A stretch of 64,000 nucleotides of DNA from a virus, in IMG/VR virus record IMGVR_UViG_3300033150_001207, positions 1 through 64,000 of that record. One strand, written 5' to 3'. The position numbers and the translations under genes were made by a program. The notes under the pieces are model-generated. The model did not search any database, was not told the origin of the DNA, and was given only the letters and a program-made list of their open reading frames with translations. Each line of letters opens with the position of its first letter. The first letter of the stretch is position 1. Positions 58,365-64,000 of this stretch are shown in pieces.

Positions 58365-58577
58365 GTGGCAAGGAAAAAATTATGGATACAGGACGCTATC
58401 AAAGCAGAAGGTAGTTTAACGAGGTCTGCAAGAGCATCTAACGCATTAAAGAAAGATGGAACTATTAAAGTATCATGGTTACGAGAACAGGCGAAAAAGG
58501 GTAATTCAACCATTGCCAAGCGTGCAAGATTGGCGCTAACCTTGAGAAAAATGCCCAAAAGAGGTAGAAAAAAATAA
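58365..58577 (+). CDS. Small basic phage protein
   Basis: GAGGTG leader; WIQDAIK..GSL…KRARLALTLRKM. Confidence 0.7.
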   Translation: MARKKLWIQDAIKAEGSLTRSARASNALKKDGTIKVSWLREQAKKGNSTIAKRARLALTLRKMPKRGRKK

Positions 58578-58596
58578 CAGTACAGGGATAATCACA

Positions 58597-58797
58597 ATGA
58601 AAGAGCAATTTTCAGAAGGCGATAAAGTTCACATAACGCTCAAAGGTATAGTTGTAGAACTTGATGAAGGATATTATACCAAGGAATACAGCGAAGATTG
58701 TCAATGGTATAATGTGTATGTACCAGAAATAGATGATGTTGTTACGGTATCAACTTCTAATGACGGCGGAAATATAAAACTTGAAAAAAGAGATTGA
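58597..58797 (+). CDS. Small SH3/KOW-like acidic protein
   Basis: FSEGDKVHI…GIVVE…YNVYV. Confidence 0.55.
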   Translation: MKEQFSEGDKVHITLKGIVVELDEGYYTKEYSEDCQWYNVYVPEIDDVVTVSTSNDGGNIKLEKRD

Positions 58798-58820
58798 TAA
58801 ACCAGAGGGAAAACGAAGAA

Positions 58821-59267
58821 ATGAATAATAATCCTGGATTAATATCTCGTGTAGGTTTGGAAATAATAAAAGAACATGAGGGTTTTAGGCAATATCCGTA
58901 TAAATGCAGTGCAAATAAAACTACAATAGGCTACGGGCACAACCTTGATGATAGAGGTATTTCTAAAAAAATAGCAGAGATGATATTCAAAGAAGATATA
59001 AACGTTGCCATCGATGACGTATTTGAAATATTTCCCGATTTCCATAAGTTCACCGAGAACCAGAAAATTGTACTTGTTGACATGATGTTCAATCTCGGTA
59101 TAATTCGCTTCAGAAAATTCAGAAAAATGATAAGAGCAATAAAAAAGGGTGATTGGAAAAAGGCGATTATCGAAATGAGAAATTCACGATGGTATTCTCA
59201 AGTAACAAATCGGGTAGAGGACTTGATTGATTTGCTAGAGGAAGACTTGCAAGAAACGGAGAGTTAA
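58821..59267 (+). CDS. Endolysin, T4-lysozyme-like (GH24)
   Basis: IKEHEG…Y.C…TIGYGHNL, DMMFNLG, SRWYSQV..R. Confidence 0.9.
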   Translation: MNNNPGLISRVGLEIIKEHEGFRQYPYKCSANKTTIGYGHNLDDRGISKKIAEMIFKEDINVAIDDVFEIFPDFHKFTENQKIVLVDMMFNLGIIRFRKFRKMIRAIKKGDWKKAIIEMRNSRWYSQVTNRVEDLIDLLEEDLQETES

Positions 59268-59744
59268 ATGGGTATATTAAATAAAATAGTTAATTTACTT
59301 ACCGGCGATTTCGGGGCAAAAATCGTTGGCGCTATCAGGGATTATTTTCCGCCTTCTCTTTCGGATGCGGAAAAGCGAGATTTTGAATTGAAGATTATGG
59401 AAATCACACAGGCTCATGAGATTGAACTTTTAAAAGAATTGAATGTTGCGGAATCTGAATTCAATCAGAGAATCAAAGAGCTTGAAGGAACAGCATCCGA
59501 TTTGAGGCAAATACCTGTGCTTGGTTCGATTATTTTGTTCATGAGAGGATGCCAGCGCCCGGCGTTTGGATTCTTTACGCTTGCGATGGATTGCCTGGTG
59601 TTCGGCGGATACTGGACAATACAGGAAAATTCACGAATAGAAACTGCATTTCTTGTAATAAATTTGCTGGTCTTAGGTTTTTTGTTCGGGGAACGGGCTA
59701 TCAAAAATGTAATACCATTATTTGAAAAATATATGAAAAAGTAG
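59268..59744 (+). CDS. Putative holin (3TM holin-like)
   Basis: Follows the endolysin; RP…TM…LGFLFGERAIK. Confidence 0.7.
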   Translation: MGILNKIVNLLTGDFGAKIVGAIRDYFPPSLSDAEKRDFELKIMEITQAHEIELLKELNVAESEFNQRIKELEGTASDLRQIPVLGSIILFMRGCQRPAFGFFTLAMDCLVFGGYWTIQENSRIETAFLVINLLVLGFLFGERAIKNVIPLFEKYMKK

Positions 59745-60185
59745 GTGAGAACTATAAAAAAGTTATTGTTAATAATATCACTGTGCTTACTCGTGTGCTG
59801 TGATATATTCAGAGGTCCAACAGGACCGCCGGGTGAACGAGGTCCAGAAGGTCCACCTGGTCCGCAAGGAGAAGTCGGTACGGATGACGATTATTGTGTA
59901 ATGGTTGAAATGTTTCTTACACAAGATAATCATACTGGCGGAAATTGGGTTTATGTAATAGACAGACAGATAATGCCTTTTGTGACTGATGTTGTATTAT
60001 TCTTTGCGTCAATACCCGATTATAACGAGGGGCGATTCTTCAAGCTTGCTTACGGTACATACTGGTTGTTGGATGGCAATCAAATACGGATTGATTACAA
60101 CCCGTACCTGATAAACACAGTTATTATTATAAAGATAAAAATTGAAAAACCTGTTATTATAACGGAAAACGAAGAAGAAAAATGA
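59745..60185 (+). CDS. Lipoprotein with collagen-like repeat
   Basis: Lipobox-like LLVCC; GPTGPPGERGPEGPPGPQGE. Confidence 0.7.
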   Translation: MRTIKKLLLIISLCLLVCCDIFRGPTGPPGERGPEGPPGPQGEVGTDDDYCVMVEMFLTQDNHTGGNWVYVIDRQIMPFVTDVVLFFASIPDYNEGRFFKLAYGTYWLLDGNQIRIDYNPYLINTVIIIKIKIEKPVIITENEEEK

Positions 60186-60197
60186 TATTGAAATCAG

Positions 60198-60476
60198 GTG
60201 ATAGTAATGGGTTTGTACGATACGGTCAGCAGACTTAACTTACAAATCAAGTGTATTGCTCACGATGAACCGACAATGAAACATTACAATATTGGCGATG
60301 AAATACCATTACAGGATGGTGTTTGCATTTGTTATGGGGGTTGGTTTACGGTCAATAGTGGAAAAGTTCGTGATGCTGGCAAAGAGATATTCACAAAGTA
60401 TGGCGGTAAACTTGATGGCGATGAAATCATAAGTGCTCTGAATCCTGTGTTTATTGTTTTAAATGGTATAAAATAA
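60198..60476 (+). CDS. Hypothetical phage protein
   Basis: MGLYDTV…QIKC…YNIGDEI. Confidence 0.6.
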   Translation: MIVMGLYDTVSRLNLQIKCIAHDEPTMKHYNIGDEIPLQDGVCICYGGWFTVNSGKVRDAGKEIFTKYGGKLDGDEIISALNPVFIVLNGIK

Positions 60477-60477
60477 T

Positions 60478-60551
60478 GGGGGTGACAGAGGTTCAATAAA
60501 ATAAAGGAAATTTCACTTGTTTAAACACGCGTTCGAGTCGCGTCATCCCCA
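60478..60551 (+). ncRNA. tRNA-like RNA resembling a tmRNA tRNA-like domain without the coding segment
   Basis: Acceptor stem GGGGGTG/CATCCCC + A; T-arm ACGCG-TTCGAGT-CGCGT; no D-stem; weak AU-rich central stem. Confidence 0.55.
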
Positions 60552-60589
60552 TCGAATGGCTTGTTTGTTGTATGCAGAATGGATTAAGT

Positions 60590-60742
60590 AAGTGGTAATA
60601 GTAAATTCCTGGCTTTTATGGACGCATAAACCAGTGGGAACGATAGGGTTTTGATAGAATACCTACTCGCCCATCAATGCTCATATTACCATTTGGAATA
60701 TTGAGATCGAGAGACGGTATGCCGTGATGTTTGCCGTTTCTT
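60590..60742 (+). ncRNA. Candidate structured RNA
   Basis: 11-bp closing stem 60590-60600/60684-60694 around two hairpins, then a further hairpin at about 60709-60742. Confidence 0.35.
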
Positions 60743-60772
60743 GCAATTGTATATCACGAAAAGGGAATATAA

Positions 60773-60970
60773 GTGATAAACGTTTACAAAGATGAAAATA
60801 CTACTGCTGACCGCTGGATAGTCGAGTGTACCTCATTGAATCTATTGATAGAAGAAGTCGGCATCGAAAATGCCATAAGCAGATTTTGTGATGTACTCAA
60901 AGGTTTCTTGATTGAAAGCCATCGCAGAGGCAAACTGGCAAAAATATTGGATAATCAGCATGAAAGATAA
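60773..60970 (+). CDS. HicB-like N-terminal domain protein
   Basis: WIVECTSLNL…GIENAISRF.DVLKGFL resembles the HicB beta-beta-beta-alpha pattern. Confidence 0.4.
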   Translation: MINVYKDENTTADRWIVECTSLNLLIEEVGIENAISRFCDVLKGFLIESHRRGKLAKILDNQHER

Positions 60971-61000
60971 TCCTTGGCTCGCTAACGAAAGACAATTACG

Positions 61001-61285
61001 GTGGTAAGGCTGTCATATACAGATACAATTACGGTAATCAAGGAATCGAGTATTCCGCAACGGGATAAGGATGATATGATAAAATCTGTTAATTATTTGC
61101 AAGAGTGTGGGGATGCGCCACTTGGCTACGGTTTTACTGTTGAGATATGCTCCCACTGCGGTTACCAGCAACTTTCTATTCATCCAATTCCCATGAAACA
61201 TCCGAGTGAATGCAATAAGTGTGGCAGGAAGGCCTGTTACGTGGATGAAGATTTTGAGAACGAATTCAAAAGCAAGGAAATGTAA
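61001..61285 (+). CDS. Zinc-ribbon protein
   Basis: CSHCG…ECNKCG. Confidence 0.55.
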   Translation: MVRLSYTDTITVIKESSIPQRDKDDMIKSVNYLQECGDAPLGYGFTVEICSHCGYQQLSIHPIPMKHPSECNKCGRKACYVDEDFENEFKSKEM

Positions 61286-61421
61286 ATGGAATTCACTACA
61301 CAGATACTAATTGTGGCATTATTAATAATCGTACTATTTGTTGCTGTAAATAGATAAGAAACCGAAAGTAACCAAGCAATTTCCCAGATAGTACACATAA
61401 ACATTAACACGGGAGAACTAC

Positions 61422-62702
61422 ATGAGTAACCATTATAAATTACCTGATGATATTCTCTTCGAGCAATTCCGCAAAATAATCCTCGAATATCCTGATATAA
61501 GCGCAGATAAATACGACAAACTACAAGTTCCAAATAAGCCGCCACGTACAACATTGCGGCGTCGCTTTGGTGAATGGCAAAATATAAAAGCAATGGCGCT
61601 CGGCGGCGGCGATGTAGAGATTATTGTAGAAAATGTGCGACTGGCTAAACAAAAACAGCGGTTTGAAGACAGAAACAGAATCGAGCGTAAAAGTTTCCGC
61701 CAATATTGCCGTATTGAAAATGCTGTCGTAGAACTTAATAAAAAATTTATTGATCTGCTCGAACACAACAGCCTCAAAAGATTTGTCAAGCACTTTAAAC
61801 CGAGTAAACCAATAGATGAAAATGCTGTCGGTCTTTTGCACTTTACGGATGCTCATTTTAATGAACTTGTTGAACTCGCAAATAATAGGTACGATTTTGT
61901 TATAGCAAGTAAACGCTGTAAAAAGTTGGTTAGAAAAGCAAAGCAATATTTTAAGCTCTTTAATATAAAGAATATTCTGTTTGCAATGACGGGAGATCTG
62001 ATTAACAGCGATCGCCGCTTGGATGAACTGCTCAGCCAGGCGACTAATAGAAGCAAGGCTATGTTTCTTTCTGTGGAAATAATACAACAAATGTTGCTTG
62101 ATTTAAATTCGGATTTCAACGTTACCGTTGCGTGCGTAACGGGTAATGAATCGAGGATACCGAATGATATTGCGTGGACAGATATAGTGGTGACCGATAA
62201 CTATGATTTTAGTATATTTAATATTTTACGATATCTGTTCAAAGACTGTAAGGGTATAGACTTTAATATTGGTGATAGTTACTCAGAACAGGTAATAAGC
62301 GTTGCTGGACAAAATGTGCTTCTCATTCACGGCAACCAGATAAGCACTAAAATTGAAGAATCGATACAGAAAATTAAAGGTAAATGGGCAGCAAAAGGTG
62401 TGATTGTCGATTTCGTGATATGCGGGAACGTGCACAGCTGTCGCATAGGTGATACATATGCAAGGGGAAGCTCTGTCGTGGGGGCTAATGCATATTCAGA
62501 GGAGGGACTTCAACTAACCTCACGTGCCAGTCAAAACATCCATATATTTTTTCCAGATAAAACACGAGACTCAATTCGTATAGATTTACAGGATGTATCA
62601 GGTGAAGAAGGATATGATATCAGCAGGGAATTGGAAGAATATTGCGCAAAAAGCGCCGAGAAACTACACAAACCTATAACCATATTTAAAATACAAATAT
62701 AA
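61422..62702 (+). CDS. Calcineurin-like metallophosphoesterase with N-terminal helical DNA-binding repeat
   Basis: TDAH, TGD, TGNE, IHG and GNVH motifs; N-terminal PPRTTLRRRFGEW. Confidence 0.75.
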   Translation: MSNHYKLPDDILFEQFRKIILEYPDISADKYDKLQVPNKPPRTTLRRRFGEWQNIKAMALGGGDVEIIVENVRLAKQKQRFEDRNRIERKSFRQYCRIENAVVELNKKFIDLLEHNSLKRFVKHFKPSKPIDENAVGLLHFTDAHFNELVELANNRYDFVIASKRCKKLVRKAKQYFKLFNIKNILFAMTGDLINSDRRLDELLSQATNRSKAMFLSVEIIQQMLLDLNSDFNVTVACVTGNESRIPNDIAWTDIVVTDNYDFSIFNILRYLFKDCKGIDFNIGDSYSEQVISVAGQNVLLIHGNQISTKIEESIQKIKGKWAAKGVIVDFVICGNVHSCRIGDTYARGSSVVGANAYSEEGLQLTSRASQNIHIFFPDKTRDSIRIDLQDVSGEEGYDISRELEEYCAKSAEKLHKPITIFKIQI

Positions 62703-62794
62703 ACAGAAATACATATCATTTACAATTGTTATTGTTTAGCTTTACTTGGTACAGCATAAAACATTTATTGCCCTCTACCATGATAATCCTCTTT

Positions 62795-64000
62795 TCACCA
62801 GATAAGACATCTCAAGAAGTAATCACTAAATAGTTCTCTATGTTTCACAATTATATTTTCTATATGTGTATCTAGCAAATAGATAGTACAGTAATCATCC
62901 TGACTTCTGATTCCACGTCCACATTGTTGTTCCAATGTCTGTGCAGCTTCCGCTTTGTACCAATAGTTCCCGATATGCGGGGTGTAGGCTTTTGCAGATA
63001 CCATTTTATCCCCCAAATCAGGATAACTCAGTTTGGTTACGATAATAAATCTTGCCAACTCATCGTCTAACGAAATACCCCTATCGCACGAGGGGGATAC
63101 GAGAACTAACGGTCTATCTGATTCTTTGAATTTGTCTATCTGTTCAATTCTGTTTTCAAGTTCATGTGTTATCAGTCTACCATTATGGTTGCAATGTTCC
63201 ATTATTAAATCTCTTAGCCTGTAGTTAGTAGTATGTATTAATCCTTTTTGTTCAGCATGTTCTTCCAGTATCTTATTTATTTCACTTGCAACCTTATCAA
63301 ACTCTTTATATCCATGTTTGGTCGCCATATTAGCAGTAGACTTAAGGTATATCGGTCTTTTCTTCGGATCGAATAAGCTCGGCACTTCCATATAATCCAT
63401 TTCATTCATCGGTATACCAGTCTCTTGCGACAGTATAGGCAACGGTGGTAGCTTAGCGCTCATTAACACCATTTTCCCCTGTTCATTTTCATTTCCGATA
63501 TGTCTTCTTATAAATTCATCAGTCATTTCTGGCGTTATCCACACGGGTGAAAACGACCATACTCTACCGAATTTACCTATCCATTCCTGAAATATCCAGT
63601 TTTTATCAAGAAATCTCTCAAACATTCCAAGTCTACGCATAAACCCTTCGTACTTCTCAAATATTTTCCTTTCATGGGCTGATTCGTCCAGTTTATCATA
63701 TTCTTTCTTTACTTTTATACGGTTGATATGCGCCCAGTCTTTCCATGATTTAATTCCATTCTCACATGCTGTTTTGTACTTCGGTGGTACTATGTTAAAC
63801 TTAGCAATTTGCCATTCCGAGACCTGAAGTTTGATAAAATTGAGCAACTCATTTTTTAGCGTATCAGCCTCGTCGCAGATCAATAATCTTGAACCCGAAA
63901 ACTCACCCACATAGTTACATTCATTTAGAAAGAGTTGATAATTGAGCAATCTCAGGGGGTGATTAACGACCTTCTTTTTCTGCACTCTATATAAACATTT
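62795..64000 (-). CDS. DinG/XPD-family SF2 helicase, partial (5' end outside the window)
   Basis: LICDEAD, LMSA, GLIHTTNY, GISL, QQCGRGIRSQDD, LLD. Confidence 0.85.
   Translation of the reverse strand, partial: KCLYRVQKKKVVNHPLRLLNYQLFLNECNYVGEFSGSRLLICDEADTLKNELLNFIKLQVSEWQIAKFNIVPPKYKTACENGIKSWKDWAHINRIKVKKEYDKLDESAHERKIFEKYEGFMRRLGMFERFLDKNWIFQEWIGKFGRVWSFSPVWITPEMTDEFIRRHIGNENEQGKMVLMSAKLPPLPILSQETGIPMNEMDYMEVPSLFDPKKRPIYLKSTANMATKHGYKEFDKVASEINKILEEHAEQKGLIHTTNYRLRDLIMEHCNHNGRLITHELENRIEQIDKFKESDRPLVLVSPSCDRGISLDDELARFIIVTKLSYPDLGDKMVSAKAYTPHIGNYWYKAEAAQTLEQQCGRGIRSQDDYCTIYLLDTHIENIIVKHRELFSDYFLRCLIW

Noticed and set aside
60478-60551. Canonical tRNA or full tmRNA
   Set aside because: No D-stem or 5-bp/7-nt anticodon arm, and no tag reading frame or pseudoknots between the ends.

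Overview
The whole window reads as part of one AT-rich tailed-phage genome with podovirus-like architecture; I saw no host chromosome, integrase or CRISPR array. Positions 1-5.5 kb hold small leftward early genes, including an ArdA-like acidic protein and a Dam-family methylase. Positions 5.5-7.2 kb are non-coding and palindrome-rich (candidate genome end). Positions 7.2-18.9 kb hold accessory and DNA-modification genes: two beta-class MTases, a frameshifted MT-A70 MTase, a PAPS-reductase-family protein, a 3D-domain protein and a broken NrdD-tail peptide, plus an iteron-like origin candidate near 9.9-10.3 kb. Positions 19.1-57.4 kb are the rightward virion module (TerS, TerL, portal, scaffold, capsid, adaptors, nozzle, fibres, ejection proteins, 2327-aa polyvalent protein), followed by lysis genes, a phosphoesterase and a partial DinG-like helicase. 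Main points of interest: (1) an epimerase/AsnB-like/2x glycosyltransferase cassette between portal and scaffold, plus signal-peptide-bearing fibre-like proteins rich in D-S/T-x sequons, together suggesting a virion glycosylation system; (2) a group I intron with a LAGLIDADG gene splitting the major capsid gene; (3) a 74-nt tmRNA-like RNA lacking the mRNA-like domain, next to a structured RNA and a HicB-like ORF. All protein calls rest on motif recognition and synteny by eye; no database search was run.
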